Assembly: GCA_963744375.1 (NCBI GenBank) | Contig: CAVUTH010000004.1 | Coordinates: forward strand, 483 to 64,482 | DNA length: 64,000 bases | DNA from: an uncultured Chloroflexia bacterium | GTDB lineage: Bacteria > Chloroflexota > Anaerolineae > Anaerolineales > UBA4823 | Direction: 5' to 3' | Part shown: positions 31,627 through 41,653 of the stretch, piece after piece | How the letters are laid out: each line of letters begins with the position of its first letter | How positions within the stretch are numbered: the first letter of the stretch is position 1 | Made by a program: the position numbers and the translations under genes | The notes under the pieces: generated by a model | The model's input: the letters and a program-made list of their open reading frames with translations, nothing else | Told to the model about the DNA's origin: nothing | The model's database searches: none

Positions 31627-32844
31627 TTACTGTTTCGGTTCCTCCAGCTGCGTAATCAGCAGGGCGCTAACCACCAACAAGCCGACCGCCAGCAGCAGGG
31701 AGGGGGTGAAGGCGCCGTCGGGAGCTTTCATGGCCTCCATGATGTAGACGAAGACCACCGAGGCCTGGGCGAAGAGCTGGATGACGCCGTTGGAGGTGCC
31801 TTCCGGCGTGGGCTGGGTGATCTCGGCGGCGTACTGCATGCCCACCGGGCTGAGGCTGGTGAGGAAGAAGCCGAAGGCAAAGGCGCAGGCCAGCAGCAGG
31901 GCGAAGGAGTTGGCGAAGGTCACGCCGATCAGGCCGGGGATGGCCAGCACGACCCCCAGCAGCAGGTAGCGCTTGCGTTTGTGCTGGCGGTCGGAGAGCG
32001 CCGGGATGACCAATGCGCCAAACAGCCCGCCCAGCAGCATCAGCGCGCCGATCGTGCCGGCGTCGGTGGGGGTAAAGCCGCGCGGCCGCACGATGTTCTC
32101 GATCCAGGTGTTGATGCCGTTGAAGATGCCCATGCCGATGAAGAACACCCCCAGGATCAGCCAGAAGGACTTGACGCGGAAGGCGTGCTTCAGCCCGTCC
32201 AGCATCAGGGCGCGTGTCTCCATGCCGGGAGGGCAGGGAGGCGTGGGCGGCGACTCGCGAGCCAGCAGCAGGAAAAGCAGCGCCGAGAAGGCCGACAGCC
32301 CGCCGTAGATCAGCTGCACGCTGGGGATCGGCAGGCTTTCGATCAGGATGGGGGTGAGCACCATGCCCAGGCCGGTGCCCACCAGGTTGGCCAGCGTGAC
32401 CAGCCCGACGGCGGTGGCGCGTTCGTTAATCGAGAACCAGCGCGCCGGCACCTTGGTCCAGGCGTTGAGCAGGAAGGGCTGGGCGATGGCGATCCCGATC
32501 GTGCTCAGCAGCACCAGGGAATAACTGTCTCCTGCCAGGCCGCGCAGCACGCCAAAGATGCCCATCAGCACCGCGCCGATGCTGACCGCCAGGCGGAAGC
32601 CGTAGGTATCGATCACCCAGGAGACCGGCAGGGAAAGCGGGATGAAAGCGATCATGAAAGACATCGCCAGGAAGCCGATCTGCAGGTCGCTGACGCCGTA
32701 ATAGCTGGCTGCCGGCCCGGTGATGGGAGCGTACGAAATCCACAGCACCTGGATCATCAGGTTGATGAACATGAAGACCGCCAGGACGACCCAGCGGTAG
32801 CGGTACACCTGGTACTCGCTTTCAAGCTGCGCGGTAGTGGTCAT
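31627..32844 (-). CDS. MFS transporter (12 TM)
   Basis: A 405-aa protein, hydrophobic throughout with two 6-helix halves. It lies 25 nt downstream of the sugar isomerase gene. Confidence 0.8.
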   Translation of the reverse strand: MTTTAQLESEYQVYRYRWVVLAVFMFINLMIQVLWISYAPITGPAASYYGVSDLQIGFLAMSFMIAFIPLSLPVSWVIDTYGFRLAVSIGAVLMGIFGVLRGLAGDSYSLVLLSTIGIAIAQPFLLNAWTKVPARWFSINERATAVGLVTLANLVGTGLGMVLTPILIESLPIPSVQLIYGGLSAFSALLFLLLARESPPTPPCPPGMETRALMLDGLKHAFRVKSFWLILGVFFIGMGIFNGINTWIENIVRPRGFTPTDAGTIGALMLLGGLFGALVIPALSDRQHKRKRYLLLGVVLAIPGLIGVTFANSFALLLACAFAFGFFLTSLSPVGMQYAAEITQPTPEGTSNGVIQLFAQASVVFVYIMEAMKAPDGAFTPSLLLAVGLLVVSALLITQLEEPKQ

Positions 32845-32869
32845 CGGTCATTTGCTCCTGATGGATGAT

Positions 32870-33580
32870 TTAACTGCTGCCCTGGCTGCTCGCCTGGCTG
32901 CGGAAATAGCGCTCGTAATCGCCGCACAGCAGGTGCAGCGGGGCTTCATCTTCTTCGATCAGCGGGAAGCGCCCGACGGCGTCGAGGAAGCGGTTGTCGC
33001 GCTGATCGTCGTTGACCAGCGAGACCTCCCCCACCAGGACGCGTCCCTCGCCCCAAAATTTGTGATACAGGCGCTGCGGCAGCGAGATGCTCTCGCCCGG
33101 CTCCAGGCGAACGACTGTACCGGGGGGATAGGTATGGGCTACTCCGTCCAACGAGACCTGCACCGGGCGCTGAAGGTCCAGGTCTTCTTCCGGGGTGGCG
33201 TTGTAAAGCTGCAGGGCCAGCTGCCCGCCGCCGCGGTTGATGATGTCTTCCATTTTGCTCCAGTGAAAGTGCATCGGCGTGACCTGGCCATCTTCGACGA
33301 TCATAATCTTCTCGGCATACAGCTTGCCGCTCTGGGTCTGCCAGTTGAGCGGGTGGCCGTTGCGGATGGTGAACAGGAACAGGCCAAAGTGCTCGAAATC
33401 ACCCTGGCCAAAGTCGGTGATATCCCAACCCAGGCGGTTTTCGACGATCTCCTGTGCCTCCAGATCCAGGGCGGCCCATTGCTCGGGAGTCCAGTAGGCG
33501 AAGGGCGGTAGGTAGAAGCCGCGGCTGCGGATGAAGGCATCCGCATTTTGCATGATGGTATTGATCTGGGAGCGTTTCAT
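32870..33580 (-). CDS. D-lyxose/D-mannose-family sugar isomerase (cupin)
   Basis: The start MKRSQINTIMQNADAFIRSRGFYLPPFAYWTPEQW, and HFHWSKMEDIINRGGG with metal-binding His, match my memory of the D-lyxose ketol-isomerase family. ATG 33580 lies within track ORF 32870..33640. Confidence 0.7.
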   Translation of the reverse strand: MKRSQINTIMQNADAFIRSRGFYLPPFAYWTPEQWAALDLEAQEIVENRLGWDITDFGQGDFEHFGLFLFTIRNGHPLNWQTQSGKLYAEKIMIVEDGQVTPMHFHWSKMEDIINRGGGQLALQLYNATPEEDLDLQRPVQVSLDGVAHTYPPGTVVRLEPGESISLPQRLYHKFWGEGRVLVGEVSLVNDDQRDNRFLDAVGRFPLIEEDEAPLHLLCGDYERYFRSQASSQGSS

Positions 33581-33701
33581 AGTAAGGCAGCTTTCCTTGA
33601 GTTTACTCTTTAGCTTATGGAATCCCAAGTACCAAAGCATATCATACCATTGTGTTGTGCCTGTCGTTCATAGATATAATAATACTGAGGAGACTAACCT
33701 G

Positions 33702-34100
33702 ATGCAGGAAAGCATTGAGTGCTCGATCGTTTTACCGGTTAGCGTAGAGCAGTTGTATCGTGCCTGGTTGGACAGCGCTGCTCATAGCAGTTTCACGGGC
33801 AGCCCCGCCGATATCGACCCGCGTGTTGGCGGGCGTTTTACCGCCTGGGATGGCTATATCGAAGGCGTCACCCTGGAAATGGAGCCTTATCGGCGCATCC
33901 TGCAAGCCTGGCGTACCAGTGAGTTCCCGGAAGGGAGCCCCGACTCGCGGCTGGAGATCCTGCTGGAAGACGCCGGCCAAAGCCAAACTCGCCTGGCCTT
34001 GCTGCACAGCGAGATCCCTGACGGGCAGGGGCTATCGTACTTACAGGGGTGGGAGGACTATTACTTCCAGCCCATGCAGGAATATTTTGTGCACTCGTAA
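33702..34100 (+). CDS. SRPBCC/AHSA1-family protein
   Basis: GAGGAG lies upstream of ATG 33702. MQESIECSIVLPVSVEQLYRAWLDSAAHSSFTG...GGRFTAWDGYIEG is typical of Aha1-like SRPBCC proteins. Confidence 0.7.
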   Translation: MQESIECSIVLPVSVEQLYRAWLDSAAHSSFTGSPADIDPRVGGRFTAWDGYIEGVTLEMEPYRRILQAWRTSEFPEGSPDSRLEILLEDAGQSQTRLALLHSEIPDGQGLSYLQGWEDYYFQPMQEYFVHS

Positions 34101-34114
34101 AATAGGAGGATGTC

Positions 34115-34636
34115 ATGGAGAGAAATCGCAGCGGTACTGTGGTGCTGGCGGTGCTTTTGATTTTGTTCGGCCTGATGTGGCTGGCAACGCAGATCTTTCC
34201 CGACCTGAATTTCATCGAAAATTTGGATTTTGATTGGCCCTGGATTGTGATTGGCGTAGGCGTGCTGCTGCTTGTAGTCGGCTTGTTGACCCGGCAGTAC
34301 GACTTAGCCGTGCCGGCTTTCATTGTCGGTGGCATTGGCTGCCTGTTGTATTATCAGAACAGCACCGGCGATTGGGGCAGCTGGGCATATGCCTGGGCGC
34401 TGATCCCCGGTTTCGCCGGCCTGGGAACGATCGTATCCGGATTGATGAAAGGGAACTCGTCCCGCCAGGTCAGGGAGGGGCTGAACATGATCGTGGTCAG
34501 CGCCATCCTGTTCGTTATTTTTGGCTCGTTCCTGGGCGGGTTAGATCTGCTGGGGCCGTACTGGCCGGTGCTGCTGATCCTGGCCGGCCTGTGGGTGCTG
34601 TTCTCCGGCATATTGCGCAGGCGCAGGCAAGAATGA
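34115..34636 (+). CDS. Polytopic membrane protein (LiaF/DUF5668-like N-terminal TM region)
   Basis: A 173-aa protein with 5-6 hydrophobic helices. Its stop overlaps the next start (ATGA). Confidence 0.55.
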   Translation: MERNRSGTVVLAVLLILFGLMWLATQIFPDLNFIENLDFDWPWIVIGVGVLLLVVGLLTRQYDLAVPAFIVGGIGCLLYYQNSTGDWGSWAYAWALIPGFAGLGTIVSGLMKGNSSRQVREGLNMIVVSAILFVIFGSFLGGLDLLGPYWPVLLILAGLWVLFSGILRRRRQE

Positions 34637-35364
34637 TCCGGGCGGTCATTTTTGATTTTGACGGTCTGATTCTGGATACGGAAGCGCCGATCTTCCAGTC
34701 CTGGCAGGATATTTACCAGACGTATGGCCTGAGCCTGACGATAGAAGAGTGGTCGCAGATCATCGGCGGCGGTGATTATCCCTTCAACCCGCTGGAACGG
34801 CTGCCGGCCTCCGCCGACCGCCAGGCGATCGCCGAGCAGCAGCGCCGCCAGGAAAGCGATATGATTGCCAACCAGCCGGTACTGCCGGGCGTGACCGCTT
34901 ACCTGCAGGACGCCCGGCGGCTGGGATTGAAGATCGGCCTGGCTTCCAGCTCGCCGTGCGATTGGGTTACCGGTCATCTCAGCCGCCTGGGCCTGATGCA
35001 GTATTTTGACTGCATCCTGGCCAGTGACGATGTGCGCCGCACCAAGCCGGACCCGGAGCTGTACCTGGCGGTGCTGGCGGCGCTGGATGTGCCGCCAACG
35101 CAGGCCTTTGCCCTGGAAGATTTGCCCAACGGCATCCGCGCCGCCCGCCAGGCCGGCCTGTTTTGCGTGGCGGTGCCGAATCATATTACCCGGCAGATGG
35201 ATACCACGCATGCCAATCTGCACCTGGAGGCCCTCTCCGACCTGTCCCTGGAGGCATTAATCGCTCGAATCGAGAGCCTGCAAACCCAGGATGAATCTGT
35301 TCGTTTATTGAATGTTTTTTGGCTATGGGTCCGGCATCTCTTTTGCAGGAGCTGGCGGTCGTGA
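34633..35364 (+). CDS. HAD-IA family hydrolase (beta-phosphoglucomutase-like phosphatase)
   Basis: Motif I is MIRAVIFDFDGLILDTE. DDVRRTKPDPELYL and EDLPNGIRAARQAGLFCVAVPN give motifs II-IV. ATG 34633 lies inside track ORF 34234..35364. Confidence 0.85.
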   Translation: MIRAVIFDFDGLILDTEAPIFQSWQDIYQTYGLSLTIEEWSQIIGGGDYPFNPLERLPASADRQAIAEQQRRQESDMIANQPVLPGVTAYLQDARRLGLKIGLASSSPCDWVTGHLSRLGLMQYFDCILASDDVRRTKPDPELYLAVLAALDVPPTQAFALEDLPNGIRAARQAGLFCVAVPNHITRQMDTTHANLHLEALSDLSLEALIARIESLQTQDESVRLLNVFWLWVRHLFCRSWRS

Positions 35365-35436
35365 ATCCCTACTGTTCTCGCTGGGACGGTCCTCCGTCGT
35401 GAATCCCGAGGTGTTCTTCCGCGGGACGGTCGCCGG

Positions 35437-37005
35437 TCACCTTACATAGAACGTGTTCGGCTGGTCAGGATAGTAATGAAAGACCTTGCGCTCGGGGAAG
35501 CTGTCGATCACGGCCTGGTCGATAGCCGTGCCGCGTGAGACGATGAAGATAAAGGGGGTATCCAGGAAGGGATTGGAAAGCTCGAGCAACGCCCCATAGT
35601 CGATCCATTTCTTGTCGGTGTGTACGATAATCAACGCCGGGGCATATTGCTGCGCGGCGGGCGAAAGGAAGGGCTCCAGACGTTCGCTCCGTATGCTGTA
35701 CAACCCGACCATACCCTGCAGGCGCGGCGGCAGGTAAACCGCCAGGTTATAGGCGACCAGCACGGCCACGCAGGCCAGCACCAGTGCCGGCCGCAGCCGG
35801 CCGGATTGGGTTGCTCTGAACGAAGATTGGTTCAGAGCTCCATTGCGCTTCGATAGGTCGTTTTCCGTCCCCAGCGGCCAGCCCGCCAGCCAGGCGATCC
35901 CGGCAGCAGAGAGCAGCGTCAGGCTAAACAGGCCTTCATAGTAATAGCGCGGCCCGAACAGCCAGGATCCGATCCAGTAGGCCAGGTAGACCAGCACCAG
36001 GCTGGGAAATACGCTGGCCAGCAGCAGCAGGCGCTTATTGCGCCGCGCCGCCCACAGGCCGAAGGGCAGGAAGATCCAGGAGACCTTCCACCAGCCGAAT
36101 AGATCGCCGAAGCCGCCTTGCAGGCTGCGGCGGGTGTTGAAGTAGGCCTGCGTCAGGGTATGGCCGTTCTCGGTCACGCCGTGTCCGGGGCCAAACCCCA
36201 GCCTGTCATAAGGCCACCACAAGGTATAGGGATTGAGCAACGGGTCTCCGGTCATAGCGTACTGCCAGAGTGGCACGAACATACCCAGCCCGAGGGCGAT
36301 GGCACCGGTGGTGACCACCCGGCGGCGCACGGCTGTTTCACCGCGCCACAGCAGGTACAGGCCGTGAACTGCAAACGGCAGGCCGACCCCAACGGCGGTT
36401 AGCGGGCGGGTGAGCGCCAGCCAGCCCAGGCACAGCCCGGCAATGGCAGCCCACAGCCAGCCCGGTACGGATGCGCCGCGGCCGCTTTCGCCCGGATTTG
36501 GATCGGACGGGGAAGTGGCAGCCAGCCAGGCCAGGGCAAAGCCGCTGCTCAGCACCAGCCCGAGGGGATGTGAGAGCAGCGAGCCGGAATTGATCAGGAA
36601 AAACGGGGAGAACAGGGTCAGGCCGGCGGCCAGCAGCCCCAGGCGCGGGTTCAGCACGCGCCGCCCCAGGCGGTAGGTCAGCCAGATGGCCAGCCCGGCC
36701 AGCAGCGGGTTGACCCAGTTGCGCAAATCCAGCAGCTCGCCCACTGCCAGCACAGCCGGCCAGCCGGGCGGATATTTGCCAAAGCGGAATCCGTCGTAAT
36801 CGACGACGAACGGTACCAGAAAGCTTTTTGGTTCCGGTGGGCTGGGCAGCTTGAACGCCCCGCCGGCCAGCGCCTGCGCCTGCCAGACGTAGGCCATCTC
36901 GTCCTCCAGGTGCGCCAATCCTTCAAAGACGCGGTCGGTCACCAGGTAGGCGGCCAGCACCCCCAGCAGGCTGAGCAGGATAGCGAAGCGATCGGTGCGC
37001 GACAT
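35437..37005 (-). CDS. GT39/GT83-type (PMT/ArnT-like) membrane glycosyltransferase
   Basis: A 522-aa protein with an N-terminal DE motif (LEDEMAYVWQAQ), more than 10 TM helices and a soluble C-terminal domain. Confidence 0.7.
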   Translation of the reverse strand: MSRTDRFAILLSLLGVLAAYLVTDRVFEGLAHLEDEMAYVWQAQALAGGAFKLPSPPEPKSFLVPFVVDYDGFRFGKYPPGWPAVLAVGELLDLRNWVNPLLAGLAIWLTYRLGRRVLNPRLGLLAAGLTLFSPFFLINSGSLLSHPLGLVLSSGFALAWLAATSPSDPNPGESGRGASVPGWLWAAIAGLCLGWLALTRPLTAVGVGLPFAVHGLYLLWRGETAVRRRVVTTGAIALGLGMFVPLWQYAMTGDPLLNPYTLWWPYDRLGFGPGHGVTENGHTLTQAYFNTRRSLQGGFGDLFGWWKVSWIFLPFGLWAARRNKRLLLLASVFPSLVLVYLAYWIGSWLFGPRYYYEGLFSLTLLSAAGIAWLAGWPLGTENDLSKRNGALNQSSFRATQSGRLRPALVLACVAVLVAYNLAVYLPPRLQGMVGLYSIRSERLEPFLSPAAQQYAPALIIVHTDKKWIDYGALLELSNPFLDTPFIFIVSRGTAIDQAVIDSFPERKVFHYYPDQPNTFYVR

Positions 37006-37057
37006 GGCTTGAGCGGCGATCTGCCCTGGGCGGCAGGGCTGTCAGAATCGGGTGGGG

Positions 37058-38056
37058 TCAGGCGCGGCTGCGGCGCAGGGCTTCCACGGCTCCGGCATGC
37101 AGGTGGCGGTTGGTGGCCAGGATGCCGCGGTTGTGCAGCAGCGAGCGCCCGGCGGTGAAATCCAGCGGCTTGCCGTGCAGGTCGCTGAACTGCCCGCCGG
37201 CTTCCTCCAGGATCAGCGAGCCGGCCGCCTGGTCCCAGATTTTTTCCCGGTAGTCGGGTTGATCCGGCGAAAGCAGGCGCAGGTAAAGCTCGCCCTGCCC
37301 GGCTGCCAGCACGGCATACTTGGCCTGGCTGTCCATCTTGATGCGGGCCGCTTCCACGCCCAGCAGGCGGGCGAAGTCGCCTATCTGGTCGACGTTGGTA
37401 TGCCCGGATTCGAAAGAGCGCAGGATGCGCGCCTGGCGAGGGTCGGCTGCAGGAAGAAACCGAAAGCGGTATCGGATCGCTGGTGAAATCACGTGGTTCC
37501 AGGCTCTCGTCCAGGCGCCCTGCCCGCGTACGGCGTATGCCAGTGAGCCGGGGCCGTTCATGTCGGGCCGGTAGCCATCCACCAGGTTCGGGCAGCCCAG
37601 CACGCCCACCTGCACTTCCCCGTCCACCAGCAGCGCCAGGGCCACGGCGTACTGGTCGCCGCGCAGGAAGCCCTTGGTGCCGTCGATGGGGTCCAGCGTC
37701 CAGAAGCGCCCGGCGGGCTGGGACTGCCCACGGTCGATCCAATCGCAAACCTGGTCGGAGGTGGCCTGCGGCAGACTGCGGCGCACGAAGCCGGTGACCT
37801 GCGCCAGCAGCGCCTGGTTCTCCGGCAGGCGCAGGGTTGCAGCATCTTCTTCTGCTACCAGCGGGTCGTCTGGGAAGGTCTGCGAGAGCCAGGCGGCGAC
37901 CACCGCCTGCGAGGTGAAGTCGGCGACGGTGACCGGCGAGCGGTCGCCTTTGGTCAGGGCCGGGGAGACCATCTCGGCCTGCACCTGGCGAATGAGTAAA
38001 CCGGCCTGGCGGACGGCCTGCAAAGCAAATTGGAGTTCGTCTGCGTATGGTTTCAT
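37058..38056 (-). CDS. 3'(2'),5'-bisphosphate nucleotidase (HAL2/CysQ-type inositol-monophosphatase superfamily)
   Basis: Contains WTLDPIDGTKGFLRGDQYAVALALL and WDQAAG motifs. The 332-aa length fits HAL2-type enzymes. Confidence 0.75.
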   Translation of the reverse strand: MKPYADELQFALQAVRQAGLLIRQVQAEMVSPALTKGDRSPVTVADFTSQAVVAAWLSQTFPDDPLVAEEDAATLRLPENQALLAQVTGFVRRSLPQATSDQVCDWIDRGQSQPAGRFWTLDPIDGTKGFLRGDQYAVALALLVDGEVQVGVLGCPNLVDGYRPDMNGPGSLAYAVRGQGAWTRAWNHVISPAIRYRFRFLPAADPRQARILRSFESGHTNVDQIGDFARLLGVEAARIKMDSQAKYAVLAAGQGELYLRLLSPDQPDYREKIWDQAAGSLILEEAGGQFSDLHGKPLDFTAGRSLLHNRGILATNRHLHAGAVEALRRSRA

Positions 38057-39444
38057 CTATGAAGTGGGTTGTAAATCGGACAGGCCAATGGATTTGGACA
38101 GATGGATAAGACCGCCGTCGCCGGGATGCCGCTCAGGTCGTAGGCCATCGCGCCGGTGATGCGCACCGGGACGATCTCGCCGACCGGCAGCTCGCCTTCG
38201 ACGATCACCATGCCGTCGATCTCGGGCGCATCGCGGTAAGTGCGCCCGATCGACAGCCCGTCGCCGCTGCCTTCGACCAGCACCGTCCAGCGTCTTGCCG
38301 ACCTAGCGCCTGGTTCTTCTCCAGCGAGATGCCCTGCTGCAGCTCCATCAGGCGCTCGCAGCGCTCCTGCTTGACCTCCGGCGGGACCGGGTCGCCCAGC
38401 GGCTCGCTGGTGGTGCCCGGCTCGAAGGAGAACTGGAAGGCGCCGACCCGGTCGAAGCGGATCTCCTCGACGAAATCCAGCAGGGTCTGGAATTCCTCCT
38501 CGGTCTCGCCGGGGTAGCCGACGATGAAGGTGGTGCGCAGGGCCAGGTCGGGCATGGCGCGCGCATCTTTGCCAGGGTGCTGTGCACCCAGTCGATGTTG
38601 GCCGGGCGGCGCATGCGGCGCAGGTCCCGGGTGGGCATGCTGCAGCGGCATATCCAGGTAGGGCAGGATCTGCGGGTGGGCGGCCATCACCTCGATCAGC
38701 CGGTCGGTGACATAGCCCGGATAGGCGTACATGATGCGGATCCAGTCGACCTGCGGGGCGGCTTGCACCAGCTGCTCCAGCAGCTGCGCCAGCCCGTCCT
38801 TCATCCCCAGGTCGTGGCCGTAATCGGTGGTGTCCTGGGCGATCAGGATCATCTCGCGCACGCCCATCTCCTGCAGGGTGCGGGCTTCGTCCAGGATCGC
38901 CTCCAGCGGGCGGCTGACGGCCGTGCCTTTGATCAGCGGGATGGCGCAGAAGGCGCACGGGCGGCGGCAGCCATCGGCGATCTTGAGATAGGCGCTGGCG
39001 CCCTGCACCGCGACGCGCAGCGCGCCGTGTTCGTCGCGCCGACAGTGGCGCCTCCGGCAGGTGGTAGAGCGGCTCGGGGTGCGCGCCGCCGCGCAGGCGC
39101 TGCACCACATCGACGATATCCATCCAGCGGCGCGTGCCCAGGATGCCGTCGATGCCGGGCACCTGGCGGCGCACCTTCTGCGCCGTAGCGCTGGGTCAGG
39201 CAGCCGGCGGCGATCAGCAGCTGTCCCTTGCGCTTGTGGCGCGCCAGCTCGCCCAGCACCTGGTAACGACTCTTCCTTGGCCGGGCCGATGAAGCCGCAG
39301 GTGTTGACGATCAGCACGGCAGCCCGGGCAGGGTCTGGCTACCGCCCGGTAGCCGGATTGAGACATAAGCTGCGCCATCGAATCCGAGTCGACGGTGTTC
39401 TTGGCGCAGCCCAATGAGATCAGGTGGAATGTTTTTGGATCCAT
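38053..39444 (-). pseudogene. rimO: Ribosomal protein S12 methylthiotransferase RimO; at least 7 frame changes as assembled
   Basis: The pieces in order: MDPKTFHLISLGCAKNTVDSDSM (39214..39444), LIVNTCGFIGPAKEES, ASAYLKIADGCRRPCAFCAIP (radical-SAM CX3CX2C), DMPLQHAHP, TTFIVGYPGETEEEF, then the TRAM end VLVEGSGDG...VRITGAMAYDL (38053..39174). They are spread over three frames. Confidence 0.85.
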
Positions 39445-39508
39445 GCGTTACCCTTTACCGGTAAGAATTGTTATGACTGTATACAGCGATTGAAGTGCCT
39501 GGCGCCGC

Positions 39509-40808
39509 TCAGGGGACGGTAGGCACAGGGAAGCCGCCCGGCGGCAGGGTGCGGGTGGGCGCCGGGGTGATCGTCGGCCTGGGCGTATCGGTGAGGATCG
39601 GTGTGGGGGTTGTGGTGGGCGTCTGGATGCCCTCCAGGGTGAAGATGCTCTTCACAATCTGGCCGACATCGCCCATGATGCCCAGGTCCTCCTGGTTGAA
39701 GAACAGCTGCAGCCCCGCGCCATTGCCGGTCAGAATTTCGATAGCCTCCCGGCCCTCGTAAGCGTAAGCGCTGCCTGGTAGTACCCGCCCCTGGAAAACG
39801 ATCTGGCCATCGACGGTGACCTGCATCCAGGCGCGCTGCCGCACCGTGACATATACCGCCACCTTATCTGCCCCACCGCCTGCCAGCAGGGTGGCCTGCA
39901 AGGCTGCCACGTCGGTGATCACCGCTGTGGCGGCGATCTCGCCTGGAGCCGGCAGAGTGGGTGTGAATTCTGCCAGGGTAGGTGTGAGTGGAGGGTGTGC
40001 CGGTAGCCAGCAGGATCTCGGCGATGGACTGTGCCGTGGGGGCAACCTGCTCCTCCTCTTGCAGGGAAAAGATGCGAATGGCACCCCACAAGATAAATGC
40101 GCCCAGCGCCAGGACCAGCACGCCGCCAATCAACAGATCAGTAGAGACGCGGCGCCTGACCTGCCCGGGCGGTGGAACGTTGAGCGGGGTTTTTACCGGG
40201 CGAGTTGATGATTCTGCCTGGGCTGCCTGGCGGGCGGTCAGGCGCGCCTGCAGTCCATCTGCGAAACGCAACAGCAGCGGTTCCGGGTCCAGCCCCAGGA
40301 ACGAAGCATAGTTGCTCAACATACCACGTCCCTGGACCGGGGAGGGCAGCCCGTTAATATCGCCTGCCTCCAGGGCAATCAGGTAGTGCTGGCGCAGGTG
40401 GGTGTGGCGCGCCACGTCCTCCAGCGTCAGGCCCAGCAGTTCCCTCTGGCGCTGCAGTGTCAGGCCGATCTCGATGAATATTTGCTCAGACTGCTGTTTG
40501 CCATCCAGGGCTCCCGCCGACTGTTCAAGATCGGTCTGCGCCGGCAGGGAAGCTGCCTCGGGAGCCGCCGTTTGCGCAGGCGGGCTGTCCAGCTCTCGGA
40601 TCAGGTCATCTGCTTTCAGGCCAAGATACCCGGCATAGGCGCGTAAAAATCCGCGTGCCTGTGCCTGCGATGGCAGGATGCTCAGATCACCGGATTCCAG
40701 GGCCTGCAGATAGCGCACGCGGATCAGGGTAGCCTGAGATGCCTGCTCCAGGCTGAGGCGGCGCGCTTCACGCGCCTGGCGGAGCTGCTGGCCGATTAAA
40801 TCAGTCAT
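39509..40808 (-). CDS. RodZ-like protein: two XRE-type HTH domains, TM helix, Pro/Thr linker, DUF4115; one frame change as assembled
   Basis: Two HTH domains are present: LRQAREARRLSLEQASQATLIRVRYLQALESGD and LQRQRELLGLTLEDVARHTHLRQHYLIALEAGD. The TM helix is LLIGGVLVLALGAFILWGAI. The C-terminus VYVTVRQRAWMQVTVDGQIVFQGRVLPG is DUF4115-like. ORFs 39864..40808 and 39509..40129 join at ~39985. Confidence 0.75.
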
Positions 40809-40908
40809 GGATAGGGAATGAACAGCCGCCTGTGATCCTCAGAGGTTGTCAGCTCTTGTCTCAGCAGGCGGCCTGGAACTCTGCCTTCCCTGGCGCTGCA
40901 GGGTCTTT

Positions 40909-41520
40909 TTATTCGGCGGCGGTTTCGGTTTCGACTGCGACCGGCTCTTCGGCAACCACCTCGGCGGCTGCCTCGGCTTTTGCAGGCACTTCGGCCTTGA
41001 CAGGTACTTCGGTCTTAGCAGGCACTTCGGCTACAGCTTCGGCTTCCGCCTGCGCCCCCGGGATTACCGGAACTTCGCCTTCGCGGTGGACGATCACGGT
41101 CAGCTCAGGGACTAGATCCATCGTCAGACGAATGTGAACCTTGTGCTCGCCCAGGGTACGGATTGGCTCCAGGTCCATGTGGCGGCGGGTGACTTCGACA
41201 CCGTATTTTTGCTGGATTGCTTCGGCGACCATGTGGTGGGTGATGGAGCCATACAGCTTGCCTGTCTCGCCGGCCTTGGCCGGGAAGGTCAGGTAAGCGC
41301 CATCCAGGACGCTGGCGATGCCGCTCATTTCCTGGTTCAGTGCGGTGCGGGCAGCTGCAGCTTCCTCGCGAATGCTATTAGCCTGCTTTAGTGCGCCAGG
41401 TGTGGCCAGCACAGCCAGCCCCTGCGGCAGCAGGAAGTTGCGACCGAAGCCATCGGCAACTTTTTTTACGTCTCCGGCCCGGCCCAGTTTGTAAACGTCC
41501 TTCAGTAGTAAAACTTTCAT
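40909..41520 (-). CDS. rplI: 50S ribosomal protein L9 with a ~50-aa Ala/Glu/Val/Pro-rich C-terminal extension
   Basis: The N-terminus is [39 protein letters not shown] 41520 is preceded by GAAAGGG. The tail reads [48 protein letters not shown]. Confidence 0.9.
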   Translation of the reverse strand: MKVLLLKDVYKLGRAGDVKKVADGFGRNFLLPQGLAVLATPGALKQANSIREEAAAARTALNQEMSGIASVLDGAYLTFPAKAGETGKLYGSITHHMVAEAIQQKYGVEVTRRHMDLEPIRTLGEHKVHIRLTMDLVPELTVIVHREGEVPVIPGAQAEAEAVAEVPAKTEVPVKAEVPAKAEAAAEVVAEEPVAVETETAAE

Positions 41521-41653
41521 TTTCAAGCCCTTTCAGCTAGAAATTAACCGCGCAACTCGCGGTTTGTGCCCCGGCGAAGGGTACAACGCCTTGGCGACAG
41601 AGAATTTTACCAGAGGGGTTCGGGGGAGTCAACTATATTGATATAATCTTTTC

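Noticed and set aside
31472-31747. A 91-aa plus-strand ORF at the end of the TA-remnant region.
   Set aside because: It overlaps the 3' end of the MFS gene in antisense and has no RBS or motif. It is probably spurious.
40909-41070. Quasi-periodic short DNA repeats (…cttcgg… units), and the GC-rich repetitive stretch at 7520..7860, considered as CRISPR or tandem-repeat loci.
   Set aside because: Both are in-frame coding sequence for Ala/Glu/Val/Pro low-complexity protein segments. There is no repeat-spacer architecture and there are no cas genes in the window.
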